From the NCBI GenBank assembly GCA_016188045.1, contig JACPIM010000002.1, forward strand, positions 108,737 to 172,736: a stretch of DNA of 64,000 nt, in the 5' to 3' direction. Numbering within the stretch: position 1 is the first letter of the stretch; each line of letters starts with the position of its first letter. This document shows, one piece after another, positions 18,385-28,046 of the stretch. Source of the DNA: Candidatus Woesearchaeota archaeon (GTDB taxonomy: Archaea; Nanobdellota; Nanobdellia; SCGC-AAA011-G17; JACPIM01). The notes below the pieces were generated by a model, which was given only the letters and a program-made list of their open reading frames with translations, had not been told where the DNA came from and ran no database searches. Position numbers and translations under genes: made by a program.

Positions 18385-19589
18385 TATCTGACTATTTTAA
18401 GCTAGCATTAAAAAATCTAAGAAAGCGCAGATTAAGAAGTTGGTTAACTATAATTGGAATTATAATTTCCATAGCTACAATCTTTGTTTTAATAAGTTTA
18501 TCCTTAGGCTTGGAAAAAGCAGTTCAAGAGCAATTTCGTTTATTAGGAACTGATAAAATTTTCATTCAGCCAAAAGGACAAGCAGGTGGTCCAGGAACAG
18601 CAAGTTCAGTTTCTTTAACAAAAAAAGATGTTGACGTAATTGAAAAAATCCAAGGAATAAAAAAAGTAACTTTTTGGACAGCGGGAAATGCTAAAATAGA
18701 ACACAACAAAAAAATAAAATTCGTTCCTATTATAGGCATTGACCTTGATACAAGTGATTTGTTTACTGAAACAGGAGCTTATGAGGCGCAAGAAGGCAGG
18801 CTTTTGAAAAAAGGAGATTTTAAAAATATTATGATCGGTTCTAGATACAAAAATGATTTTCTCGGAAGACCAATTAAAATAGGAGATACGATTTTTATAA
18901 ATGCTGCTCCATTTAAAGTTAAAGGCATATTAAAACCGATAGGAAACCCAACAGATGATTCTTTAATTTACATGCCCCTTGAAGATTTTCGTCCTTTATT
19001 TGATATACCAGAAAGAGTTGATACTATTATAGCCCAGATAGAGTCTGGAAAAGATATAAATGAAATCAGTAGTTCAATAGAGAAAAAATTAATTAATTCA
19101 AGATCTTTAGATAAAGATAATACGGATTTTATAATACTAACTCCAGAAGAGCTTCTAGAAAGTTTTGGTTCAGTTCTTATTATAATAACTGCGTTCTTAG
19201 CAGGAATTGCAGGTATTTCATTGTTAGTCGGAGCAACAGGAATTGCAAACACAATGTATACTTCAGTATTAGAAAGAACAAAGGAAATAGGAGTTATGAA
19301 GGCAATCGGCGCTAAAAACTCTAATATATTAATAATCTTTCTGATTGAGTCAGGTCTTATAGGCCTTTTAGGCAGCGTTGTAGGTATTTTACTTGGAATG
19401 TTGATAGGCAAATCTATAGAATATTATGCTGTAGAATATTTAGATACAACATTATTGCAATTTTCATTTCCTTCTTACTTAATTATAGGTTGTTTGTTAT
19501 TTGGCTTTTTAATTGGAACAATTTCTGGCTCACTGCCTTCGTATCGTGCTTCTAAATTAAAACCAGTTGATGCGTTAAGATACGAATAG
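18381..19589 (+). CDS. MacB/FtsX-family ABC permease (second paralog)
   Basis: RSWLTIIGIII, SVLERTKEIGVMKAIGA and KLKPVDALRYE motifs. Confidence 0.93.
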   Translation: MISDYFKLALKNLRKRRLRSWLTIIGIIISIATIFVLISLSLGLEKAVQEQFRLLGTDKIFIQPKGQAGGPGTASSVSLTKKDVDVIEKIQGIKKVTFWTAGNAKIEHNKKIKFVPIIGIDLDTSDLFTETGAYEAQEGRLLKKGDFKNIMIGSRYKNDFLGRPIKIGDTIFINAAPFKVKGILKPIGNPTDDSLIYMPLEDFRPLFDIPERVDTIIAQIESGKDINEISSSIEKKLINSRSLDKDNTDFIILTPEELLESFGSVLIIITAFLAGIAGISLLVGATGIANTMYTSVLERTKEIGVMKAIGAKNSNILIIFLIESGLIGLLGSVVGILLGMLIGKSIEYYAVEYLDTTLLQFSFPSYLIIGCLLFGFLIGTISGSLPSYRASKLKPVDALRYE

Positions 19590-20111
19590 CTATTTACTAA
19601 CAAATTTATTATTTTTAATAAAAAATCTTAAATTCTTATACAAATCATTTTTTACACCAATTCTCTTGTTAGAAATAATCTCAAAGCTTTCCTTATTATC
19701 TTCAACATAAACTTCATTAGAAAAAATATTTTTTTTATGGAGTTTTTTATCAATTTGTAAAGCCTTAGTTAATAATCCAGGTCCACAACATCTCAAATTA
19801 AAATTTAAAGGCTCTAAAGCTCTTAATAAAACAGCTTCAGCTTTTCCATTTTCACCAGTAACAAAATTAAACATCCAGTTGTTGTGAATTCCATATACTA
19901 AAACAGCTCCCCCTCCCATCTTCATTGTCTCTCTTAAATCTCCGTTTTTACAAGCTCTTGAAGCAGGATCTTTTTCATCATAATAAGCTTCAGTTTCAAC
20001 TATCTTAGCTTTCATTTCCTTCCCGTTTAATTTTCTTATCAATATTTTTCCAAGTAATTCTTTAGCAACAGTTTCAGCATCTCTTGAAAAAAACTTTTTA
20101 TCTAATCTCAT
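19590..20111 (-). CDS. mpg: 3-methyladenine DNA glycosylase (MPG/AAG family)
   Basis: IVETEAY, AVLLRALEP, GPGLLTKAL and RIGV motifs. Confidence 0.92.
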   Translation of the reverse strand: MRLDKKFFSRDAETVAKELLGKILIRKLNGKEMKAKIVETEAYYDEKDPASRACKNGDLRETMKMGGGAVLVYGIHNNWMFNFVTGENGKAEAVLLRALEPLNFNLRCCGPGLLTKALQIDKKLHKKNIFSNEVYVEDNKESFEIISNKRIGVKNDLYKNLRFFIKNNKFVSK

Positions 20112-20161
20112 AAACTTAATGTAAAAACAAGCTTTATAAATAATTTACTCTTATTTATTTT

Positions 20162-21295
20162 ATGAAAAAAAGCAAGAGGAATGTGTTTCTTTTAGGCTTA
20201 GTAAGTTTATTCAATGATTTCGGCAGTGAAATGATATTTCCAATACTCCCAATATTACTTGCTTCTATGGGTGAAACAGGCCTTGTTATTGGATTAATCG
20301 GCGGTTTAAGAGATGGAATAGCAAGCGTTTTAAAATTGCTTTTTGGTTATTTATCAGATAAAAAAAACAAGAGAAAAGTTTTTGTAATTTCTGGATATTT
20401 TACTTCTTCAATCTCAAAGATTTTATTATCCTTATCAACGTTTTGGACCCATATACTCATTTTTACTTCTTTAGACAGAATAGGAAAAGGAATGCGTGAT
20501 TCTCCAAGAGATGTTATTATTTCAGAATCAATGAAGAAGCACAGAGGAGAAGGTTTTGGAATTCAAAGATCATTAGATACATTAGGTGCAGTTCTGGGAT
20601 CTTTTTCAGTCTTATTGTTAATTTGGTATCTAAACTTAAGTTTCAAAAAGATAATTTTTATAGCAGGTTTAATCTCATTATTATCTCTATTGCCATTAAT
20701 TTTTGTAAAAGACATTAAAACAAAAAATAAATTAAATTTTAGCATAAAAAACGTTTATTTATCAAGAAAAATAAAAAAATTCTTTATAGTTTCATCAATT
20801 TTCGCATTGGCAAATTTTAGTTACATGTTTTTTATTTTAAAGTCAAAAGCAAGCTTTTCAGGAAAATACGAAATAATAATCCCAATTATACTTTACATTA
20901 TTTTTAATATTGTTTATTCTTCTTTTGCTTTTCCATTTGGTAAAATTGCAGACAAAATAGGTAAAACAAAAGTTCTTTCTTTAGGTTATTTTTTCTTTTT
21001 CCTAGTTAACTTAGGTTTCTTGTTTTTAACCTCTGTTTATCATTATATTTTCTTATTTATTCTATACGGTTTGGTTTTTGCAGTAATTCAAGGAAATCAA
21101 TTTGCTTATGTTTCAGAATTGGCAGATAAGAAATCAAAAGGCACAACAATAGGGTTATTCCATGCTATAATAGGAATAACAGCAATAATTTCTGGTTTAA
21201 TAACAGGCCTATTATGGGATTATTCAAGAAATTCAATTTTTATTTTTTCAGCAATTTTATCTTTAATTTCCTTTACTATGATACTAAAAAAATAA
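20162..21295 (+). CDS. MFS transporter
   Basis: About 12 TM helices; GYLSDK and DRIGKGMRDSPRD motifs. Confidence 0.9.
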   Translation: MKKSKRNVFLLGLVSLFNDFGSEMIFPILPILLASMGETGLVIGLIGGLRDGIASVLKLLFGYLSDKKNKRKVFVISGYFTSSISKILLSLSTFWTHILIFTSLDRIGKGMRDSPRDVIISESMKKHRGEGFGIQRSLDTLGAVLGSFSVLLLIWYLNLSFKKIIFIAGLISLLSLLPLIFVKDIKTKNKLNFSIKNVYLSRKIKKFFIVSSIFALANFSYMFFILKSKASFSGKYEIIIPIILYIIFNIVYSSFAFPFGKIADKIGKTKVLSLGYFFFFLVNLGFLFLTSVYHYIFLFILYGLVFAVIQGNQFAYVSELADKKSKGTTIGLFHAIIGITAIISGLITGLLWDYSRNSIFIFSAILSLISFTMILKK

Positions 21296-21685
21296 TTATT
21301 TTTTCTTTTCTTTTTTAAAATTTAAAGCAAGAGAATTTACGCAATATCTTAATCTTGTTGGTTTGGGACCATCATCAAATACATGACCTAAATGACTGCC
21401 GCATTTACTGCAAATAATCTCTGTTCTGTTCATTAGAAAAGCATTATCTCCTTTTGTTTTAACATTTTTCTTAGAAATAGGATTCCAAAAACTAGGCCAA
21501 CCACTGCCGGAATCATACTTCTCATTAGAGCTAAATAATTCATTTCCGCAATTAGCACACAAATAAATTCCTTTTTCTTTATTATACAAATATTTTCCAG
21601 TAAAAGGAGGTTCCGTGCCTTTCTCCATTAGAATATGGCATTGTTCAGGACTAAGTTTCTTATTTTTTTCTTTTTTTGGTTTCAT
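21296..21685 (-). CDS. msrB: Peptide-methionine (R)-S-oxide reductase
   Basis: GTEPPF, GSGWPSF, HLGHVF and RYCVNS motifs. Confidence 0.96.
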   Translation of the reverse strand: MKPKKEKNKKLSPEQCHILMEKGTEPPFTGKYLYNKEKGIYLCANCGNELFSSNEKYDSGSGWPSFWNPISKKNVKTKGDNAFLMNRTEIICSKCGSHLGHVFDDGPKPTRLRYCVNSLALNFKKEKKK

Positions 21686-21693
21686 ATTAAAAA

Positions 21694-22011
21694 CTATTTT
21701 CTTTCAAATCTTTGATTATCCCTACCATAAAGTTTTTTCCCCATCATCTTATCCCATTCAGCCTGTAAATCAATGCCTTCTCTATTAGCTAGACAACATA
21801 ACGTAAACATTACATCAGTTATCTCATCTCCCAAATCGCCTTTAGGTTCAGTTTCCTTTTTCTTTTTTGCACCAAATCGATGATTTAGTTCTCTGGCTAA
21901 TTCACCTGTTTCTTCAACTAATCTAGCAAGAATCTCTAACGGCTGCCAATACGGTAGTTTAAATTGACTGGCCCATTCATCAACCTGTTTTTGAATATCT
22001 CTTAATGTCAT
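21694..22011 (-). CDS. MazG-like nucleotide pyrophosphohydrolase (YpjD-like)
   Basis: EETGELAR...DEITD acidic motif. Confidence 0.9.
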   Translation of the reverse strand: MTLRDIQKQVDEWASQFKLPYWQPLEILARLVEETGELARELNHRFGAKKKKETEPKGDLGDEITDVMFTLCCLANREGIDLQAEWDKMMGKKLYGRDNQRFERK

Positions 22012-22061
22012 AGCTAAATCAAAACAAAAACGAATTAATAAAGATTATTATCTTAAAATAA

Positions 22062-22421
22062 CTATTCCTGATAATACTCAGTTCCTAAAGTCAAGGCAAT
22101 TTCGGCTTTTTTTAATTCTTTGCCTAAATATGCAGCATGATCCTTCCTGTTAAACCATTTTAGGTTATTTTTTTCTTCATAATTAAAAATAGAAGTCCAA
22201 ATGTCTTGCGCCCTTTTTCCTCTAAATTCTTTTAATATCTCATGTTTATAATTACAAACAGCAACACTTATCTGCATCTTATCAAACATAACTTTAATCA
22301 AAACGTAACATCCCAAATCAGTTTTAAAATCTTTATAAGGATCCCAAGTAGGACATTCAATTACTTCAAAATCTTTATCTAATACCTTATCTTTTACCCA
22401 GCTTGGTCTTTCTTTTTCCAT
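22062..22421 (-). CDS. DUF4346-like protein
   Basis: C-terminal DHAAYLGKELKKAEIAL...YYQE; start set at MEKERPSW. Confidence 0.75.
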   Translation of the reverse strand: MEKERPSWVKDKVLDKDFEVIECPTWDPYKDFKTDLGCYVLIKVMFDKMQISVAVCNYKHEILKEFRGKRAQDIWTSIFNYEEKNNLKWFNRKDHAAYLGKELKKAEIALTLGTEYYQE

Positions 22422-22524
22422 ACTAAAATTGTAAAAATATCTCTTTTTAAGATTATCTATAGAAAGAGCACAGGAACATTTATATAATATAAAATATAGA
22501 TTAAAATAGAAAGGGGGTGCTTTA

Positions 22525-22719
22525 ATGAGCAACAAATCAGCGTTAGATTGGATAGCGATAATACTAGCAATTATTGGTTCAATAAACTGGGGTTTAGTTG
22601 GATTATTTGATTTGAACATAGTTGAATCAATTTTAGGTACTTCAATAATAGCAACAATAGTATACGTATTAGTGGGTTTATCAGGTATTTATCTAATATA
22701 TTATGCAACTAAAAAGTAA
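22525..22719 (+). CDS. DUF378 small membrane protein
   Basis: IIGSINWGLVGLF motif. Confidence 0.9.
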   Translation: MSNKSALDWIAIILAIIGSINWGLVGLFDLNIVESILGTSIIATIVYVLVGLSGIYLIYYATKK

Positions 22720-22754
22720 TTTTTCTTTTTTATTCTTTTTTTTCCAGTTTTTCA

Positions 22755-22985
22755 TTAAGAAGTTAATTGAATCTTAACTGGTAAATTTACGCTTATATCC
22801 TTTAATTTCTCGGTTCTTTTTTTAAAATTAAAAATAGCAAAACCCCTTATCTCTCTTGTTTTTTCATCTATTCGCTTAAATAAATCATCTCCCAAGTCTT
22901 CAAAATAGGCCTCGGTGGGTTTACCTATCCTTATCTCCAGAAAATCCCCTTCTTCATCATAATGCACATTTAAATTATCTTTCAT
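22755..22985 (-). CDS. DUF2283-like putative antitoxin
   Basis: YDEEGDFLEI...GFAIFNF; overlaps the upstream gene. Confidence 0.75.
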   Translation of the reverse strand: MKDNLNVHYDEEGDFLEIRIGKPTEAYFEDLGDDLFKRIDEKTREIRGFAIFNFKKRTEKLKDISVNLPVKIQLTS

Positions 22986-23271
22986 TTTTTATATTACTTA
23001 CGTAAAAACTAGTTATAACAAATCCATTACCATTTATATATTTTACTGCAACTAACAAATATTTCCTTACTTTTTTAAAATGTTTATAATAAAAATTAAC
23101 TTTTTCGTCATTCTTACTTTGTTTTACGATTAATGGAGTAATAATCGCTTCTTTAATAATTTCTATATTATTAGATAATTTAGGATGCTCAGAAACTATA
23201 TGTTTCCATCTTTCCTTTGTCAAATAAATAATCCTGCCGGTTTTGTCCTTTATTTCAAATAGTTTATTCAT
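22975..23271 (-). CDS. Putative RelE/DUF4258-like toxin
   Basis: RWKHIVSEHP...GFVITSF; paired with the DUF2283-like gene. Confidence 0.65.
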   Translation of the reverse strand: MNKLFEIKDKTGRIIYLTKERWKHIVSEHPKLSNNIEIIKEAIITPLIVKQSKNDEKVNFYYKHFKKVRKYLLVAVKYINGNGFVITSFYVSNIKNER

Positions 23272-23421
23272 CTATTCTTTTATTTCAGTTCTTTTCTCTA
23301 TTTTCTTACATCGTAAACAATATTTTTGATAGTCCCTTATGTTAGAAGTTGCAGATGTCCAAAATTTTTCTTTGCTCCACTTATGAAATCCCAATTTGCA
23401 CAAAATCTTTCCAAAAACCAT
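23272..23421 (-). CDS. Small Cys/His protein (DUF1660-like), 49 aa
   Basis: Manual translation MVFGKILCKLGFHKW...YCLRCKK; not in the ORF track. Confidence 0.6.
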   Translation of the reverse strand: MVFGKILCKLGFHKWSKEKFWTSATSNIRDYQKYCLRCKKIEKRTEIKE

Positions 23422-23443
23422 ATTGTTTCAATATTTTAATAAT

Positions 23444-23872
23444 TTAAATATTTATTGAAACCAAATCACCTGTTTTTATGTTATTTTCCTCGCTAAAATT
23501 GGCATTTACTTCTAAAACATACATAGCAGGAATATCAGAACTATGAATATTACAAACTTTATTTTCACATAAACCGGCATATTCTATTTTAATTATACTT
23601 TTACTTTCGTTTATAAATAACATATCTAAAGGAAATTGCATATTTGCCATCCAGAAATTTCTTACTCTGGAATCATTATATACAAATAACATACCCGTAT
23701 TTTCATCCAATTTCTCCCTATACATCAATCCTTTTAATTGTTCTTCTCTTGTATCAGCAATTTCAACATTGATTTTTTTGCCTTTAATCTCAACATAATT
23801 GCTACTGGAACATCCGATTAACACAAGTAACAATAGGGCGAAAATTACGAATTTATACGACTTCATAACCAT
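23444..23872 (-). CDS. DUF192 (COG1430) exported protein or lipoprotein
   Basis: GLMYR, GMLFVY, FWMANMQFPLD and VLEVNA motifs. Confidence 0.9.
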   Translation of the reverse strand: MVMKSYKFVIFALLLLVLIGCSSSNYVEIKGKKINVEIADTREEQLKGLMYREKLDENTGMLFVYNDSRVRNFWMANMQFPLDMLFINESKSIIKIEYAGLCENKVCNIHSSDIPAMYVLEVNANFSEENNIKTGDLVSINI

Positions 23873-23944
23873 TATTCGTAAAGTTACAATTATAAATTTT
23901 TCTACAAAAAATATTTAAAACAAACAAGACGTTATTTTACTAAA

Positions 23945-24766
23945 ATGCCAATAAACGCAGATTATGAATACTCAAATGCTATGAAAGAGTATGAAAAAGC
24001 CCAAACAGATGAAGAAAGACTTCAATGTCTTAAAAAAATGCTTTCAGCAGCACCAAATCATAAATCAAGCCAAACTTTAAGAGCAGACATTAAAAACAGG
24101 ATATCAAAATTAAAAGAAAAATTAATAAAACAAAAAAAATCAACTAAAAAAACCTCCCAGATTTCAATAAAAAAAGAAGGATCTTCTACTATAGTTTTGG
24201 TAGGTACAGAACACACTGGAAAATCTTATTTGTTAAATAAACTAACAGGAGCTAAAACAATTACCGGGTTATACAAGCCGCAAGTGGGAATTTATGATTA
24301 TCACGGAATAAAACTGCAAATAATTGAAATCCCTTCTATAAAAGAAAATTTTGATCAAACAGACCTGGGCCCTTCCTTATCAGCAATAATAAGAACAGCC
24401 GATCTGGTTTTATTATTTTTTAACACACCGAAAGAAAAGAGTTTGTTAGACCACGAATTGGAAAAAGCAGAGATAAATTTACCAATATTAATTTACAATA
24501 ATCAAAAAAATATAGGTGACGAGATCTGGAAAAGACTGCCCATTATAAAAGTTCAGACTAAGCAACCAGGCAAAAAACCAGACTACCCCCTGGTTTCATT
24601 AAAAAAAGGATCAACAGTAAAGACCCTGGCGGAAAAAATACATAAAGATTTTGTAAAAAATTTCAAGTTTGCTCGTATCTGGGGCTCTTCTAAATTCCCC
24701 GGGCAAGCACTTGGCTTTAATCATGTTTTAAAAGATAATGATATAGTTGAATTTCATATAAAATAA
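23945..24766 (+). CDS. DRG/Obg-like GTPase with C-terminal TGS domain; G motifs degenerate
   Basis: GTEHTGKS G1, IEIPS in place of DxxG, TGS motif IHKDF...ARIWG...LKDNDIVE. Confidence 0.8.
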   Translation: MPINADYEYSNAMKEYEKAQTDEERLQCLKKMLSAAPNHKSSQTLRADIKNRISKLKEKLIKQKKSTKKTSQISIKKEGSSTIVLVGTEHTGKSYLLNKLTGAKTITGLYKPQVGIYDYHGIKLQIIEIPSIKENFDQTDLGPSLSAIIRTADLVLLFFNTPKEKSLLDHELEKAEINLPILIYNNQKNIGDEIWKRLPIIKVQTKQPGKKPDYPLVSLKKGSTVKTLAEKIHKDFVKNFKFARIWGSSKFPGQALGFNHVLKDNDIVEFHIK

Positions 24767-24922
24767 TGTTTGAAACAATTTATGAAAAGAAAAACAGATT
24801 AATGCTTGCGTTGTTTTTGAAGAAAGAAATATTTCATAGATATCTTGGTTAGTATAGCAAGGATTATATTAATTAAATAAATAGAAAATGATAAAAAAAT
24901 AAAAGATATCTACTTTTTCATC

Positions 24923-25747
24923 CTAATCAACCCATTTTTTACTTAATCCCTTTGGTAATTTTTTAATAAAATCAATTATCTTTTGAATTAAAGATTCTTG
25001 TTCATTAATTCTTTCTTCTAATTCGTCCACTCTATTTTCTAATTCTTCTAATCTTTCCTCTATATCTGGTTCAGGTTCGGGAGTTATCCCATTAATAGTT
25101 AATATTTTCACTTCATCAATAATCCCATTAAAAAACTGATTAAGACCAGGTTCCCCCCACGAAATAAAAATCTGTTGTGATACTTGTGGCATTTGTCCAA
25201 TCTTTGGTACACTTCCATCTAAAATATCATTTACATATACATTAATGCTAGTACCATTATACTCCATTTTTAGTTTATACCATACCTCCTGCTCTAGGAT
25301 GGTATTTCCATTAACAGCAGTCCATGTATTTGAAGTAATACAGCTAGTAGGACAATTTCCATCATTGGCATAAACTCCACCAGCGATTACATTATCTCTA
25401 ATAGCTAAATAATAAGGACCGTTCTTTGCAATAATACTACCATCGGTATTAGATTTTCTTTTTACGTAAGCTTCTAATACTACATTATCGGTAAGGTCAA
25501 CAGAGGAAGTTTTTATAATTGAAATTTTATCATCTACTCCATCGAACTCTAATGCATAACCAGATATACTATCTGTTGTCCATATCGCTTCACCATATAT
25601 CATTCCATGATTTCCGTTTGTTGTTTCATCAAATACGTTATTACCACTACCTTCGTCAAACTTCCAATAAGCTATTGTATCAGCTAAAACATAAAAAGAA
25701 CTTAAAATTAATATTAATCCCATCAATAATATTGGTTTTATTTTCAT
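24923..25747 (-). CDS. Secreted LamG/concanavalin-like domain protein
   Basis: AYWKFDEGSG...FDGVDD...FNGIIDEVKI; C-terminal coiled coil. Confidence 0.85.
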   Translation of the reverse strand: MKIKPILLMGLILILSSFYVLADTIAYWKFDEGSGNNVFDETTNGNHGMIYGEAIWTTDSISGYALEFDGVDDKISIIKTSSVDLTDNVVLEAYVKRKSNTDGSIIAKNGPYYLAIRDNVIAGGVYANDGNCPTSCITSNTWTAVNGNTILEQEVWYKLKMEYNGTSINVYVNDILDGSVPKIGQMPQVSQQIFISWGEPGLNQFFNGIIDEVKILTINGITPEPEPDIEERLEELENRVDELEERINEQESLIQKIIDFIKKLPKGLSKKWVD

Positions 25748-25803
25748 AGTTATAACCTCTCTAAAAACACAAAACAAAAGCTTTATATATTTTATGATTG
25801 TCC

Positions 25804-25819
25804 TTATGATATATCATAA
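25804..25819. promoter_or_regulatory. Perfect 16-bp palindrome TTATGATATATCATAA in a divergent promoter
   Basis: Lies between the lamG and wHTH genes. Confidence 0.55.
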
Positions 25820-25838
25820 AGAAGTATCATATACTAAG

Positions 25839-26048
25839 ATGGAAGAAATTCAAAAAAAGATAGTTGAATTTTTAGAAAAACAAGAATGGCCTGTAACGAC
25901 AGAAGAAGTAGCTAAAGAGCTTAAAATAAGTTGGAATACTGCGCAAGTTCATTTATTAAAATTAATTAATCAAGGAAAGATTAAATATAAAAAAGTTGGA
26001 AGACAAAATCAGTTTTGGTTAGTTAAGAAATATGAGAAGGAATTTTAA
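25839..26048 (+). CDS. Small winged-helix DNA-binding protein
   Basis: TTEEVAKELKISWNTAQVHLLKL helix-turn-helix. Confidence 0.85.
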   Translation: MEEIQKKIVEFLEKQEWPVTTEEVAKELKISWNTAQVHLLKLINQGKIKYKKVGRQNQFWLVKKYEKEF

Positions 26049-26065
26049 ATTAATATTAAGTTCTA

Positions 26066-26476
26066 TTATCTTCTATTAAATAATCTTAGAAAAAAATAGA
26101 TAACTTTTTTTGTAAAACTTTTAATAATCATTGGTGATAGTTTATCATTAAAATAACTTAAACATCTAGTAAGAGTATTAATTTTCAATTCTGATTCATA
26201 TTGTTTTTCCCAATATTTAAATAATGTAAGGCCTTTGGTTATATTTAAATGAGACTTAAATTGAAGTAATGTCTCCCTTATCTCTAAACCATCTATCCAG
26301 GCAATTAATTTGATATCATAATCCCCTCCTTGAAATGGTTTAGGTAATTTTAAAATAAACTCTAATCTTTTGCTAAAACTAGTTCTGGGTGGTATTGAAA
26401 ATTGCAGATCTTTTTTCACCCTATCCACTTTTTTTAATTCTAGAAGCAAGGGACTTCTAGAATATTTATCCTTAAT
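26066..26476 (-). pseudogene. 5'-truncated gene fragment of unknown function
   Basis: Open frame runs up to the TTAATTAA junction with no ATG start. Confidence 0.4.
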
Positions 26477-26900
26477 TAATTACAAAATAGGAACAATGAT
26501 AGAATTTCCAAGAGCAGCATTAAATGCAGATGAGTTAGCTCAAGAAGCAGAATTTATGAGTTTTGGAACTAATGATTTAACTCAAACAACATTGGGATTT
26601 TCAAGAGATGATGCTGGAAGATTCATTCCGCATTATTTAAGCAAAAATGTTTTTGAAAAAGACCCATTCCAGACAATAGATCAGGAAGGTGTTGGTAAAA
26701 TAATGAAACTTGCAGTTGAAAAAGCTCGTTCAGTTAATTCAGAAATTGATTTTGGGATTTGCGGTGAACATGGCGGAGATCCATCTTCTGTTAAATTCTG
26801 TCACAAGATAGGATTAAGCAACGTTTCATGTTCTCCATATAGAGTTCCAATTGCAATCTTGTCAGCTGCACAAGCAGTTATTGAAGAAAAAAATAATTAA
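26475..26900 (+). pseudogene. ppdK: C-terminal fragment of pyruvate phosphate dikinase
   Basis: [29 protein letters not shown] and VSCSPYRVP motifs; only the last ~140 aa are present. Confidence 0.9.
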
Positions 26901-27130
26901 TATTTTCTAGAATCAACAAGATAAACTCCAGGTTGTTCTATATCCTGGGCTGGCCTTTGTTCTAAAGTTCCAAGACTCTCAGCTATAGGTTTCATTATGT
27001 CCATAATAGCAGTATACCCACTACAAATACCATTTCTAAACTCACCTTCAATTTTTTTCTGAGCTAATATCATAAGTCCAGATCCAACTAAAAACGTCAA
27101 TCCCATTTCCAATAAATCTCTTCTGTTCAT
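26897..27130 (-). CDS. Small hypothetical protein with N-terminal TM or Tat-like signal
   Basis: MNRRDLL followed by a hydrophobic stretch. Confidence 0.55.
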   Translation of the reverse strand: MNRRDLLEMGLTFLVGSGLMILAQKKIEGEFRNGICSGYTAIMDIMKPIAESLGTLEQRPAQDIEQPGVYLVDSRKY

Positions 27131-27237
27131 CTTAGATCAATTAATATTCCATTTACAATATTTAAATCTTTCTATTTTAACTACTTAAAAGTAAATAATA
27201 AATTCATTTAAACCCATATCACCATATCAATAAAATC

Positions 27238-27324
27238 GCCCTGATAGCTCAGTTTGGCGGAGTAGCTGCTTCGTATTAAAAAAGAAAAAGCAGTTGGTCG
27301 CAGGTTCAAATCCTGCTCAGGGCT
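27238..27324 (+). tRNA. tRNA-Thr(CGT) with a 13-nt canonical intron (27276-27288)
   Basis: GCCCTGA/TCAGGGC acceptor stem, GCTGC/GCAGT anticodon stem, T-arm GCAGG-TTCAAAT-CCTGC, U73. Confidence 0.88.
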
Positions 27325-27626
27325 TATCTCTTAGAAAAAGGATATCTCTTTATTTTTTTACAATTTGTACAATAATAAATTAATTTTTTATTTTTTACTC
27401 TGGCCCTTAATGTTCTCCCCGGTATTAAATAAGAATAACAATATTTACAGATAAATCTTTTATATCCTAAAGGTATTTTTACCTTGTATTTCATAGAAAT
27501 TTTTCTTGCTAAAGTTACATACCTATTTGCCAATTCTAAATTATTCTTAGAACTTTTCTTAGCTTCATTAAATAAGGTTTCAATCCTTTCTTTAGCAATT
27601 TGTTTTTGTTTTGATTTTGGTATCAT
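27324..27626 (-). CDS. rnp4: RNase P protein component 4 (Rpp21)
   Basis: IAKERIETLF, RYVTLARKISMK, CKYC...CTNC. Confidence 0.95.
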   Translation of the reverse strand: MIPKSKQKQIAKERIETLFNEAKKSSKNNLELANRYVTLARKISMKYKVKIPLGYKRFICKYCYSYLIPGRTLRARVKNKKLIYYCTNCKKIKRYPFSKR

Positions 27627-27679
27627 TATAATTATAAAACAATAAAGAAATAATAAAGCTTTCTAAATTTTTAATAAAG

Positions 27680-27695
27680 GTGGGCAACTAACCAA
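27680..27695 (-). repeat. 16-bp duplicate of the 5S rRNA 3' end (att-like site)
   Basis: GTGGGCAACTAACCAA is identical to 29738-29753. Confidence 0.85.
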
Positions 27696-27718
27696 AGAAC
27701 CTATTTGGGAAGCTCCAT

Positions 27719-28030
27719 TTATTTTTTTGGTGGAAACCTCTGTGCATTCTTCTCCATTTTGCGTGCGAAAGCTTCCCCCAAATTAATATTACATTCATTA
27801 GACATTTTAAGCAAGAGATAAAGTAAGTCTGCTAACTCTTCATTCATATTAATGTCTTTTTCTGAGGTGTGTTGTCCACCATAATTTTTCATGTGTAAAA
27901 CATTTCTTGCTACCTCACCTAATTCTTCGATCATATGAGTTAGAATATCGCTAGGAGGCGTTTGCCAATCTCTTTCCTTTACAAAATTATCAATGTGGTC
28001 TTGTAGCTCCTTTATATTTTTATTTTCCAT
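27719..28030 (-). CDS. MazG-like nucleotide pyrophosphohydrolase
   Basis: EELGEVAR...EELADLL; start set at MENKNIK (track start 28054). Confidence 0.88.
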   Translation of the reverse strand: MENKNIKELQDHIDNFVKERDWQTPPSDILTHMIEELGEVARNVLHMKNYGGQHTSEKDINMNEELADLLYLLLKMSNECNINLGEAFARKMEKNAQRFPPKK

Positions 28031-28046
28031 TAGATATACACTCTCT

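Noticed and set aside
26370-26474. N-terminal 35 aa of the 176-aa ORF
   Set aside because: Not PPDK-like; it is antisense read-through from the neighbouring fragment
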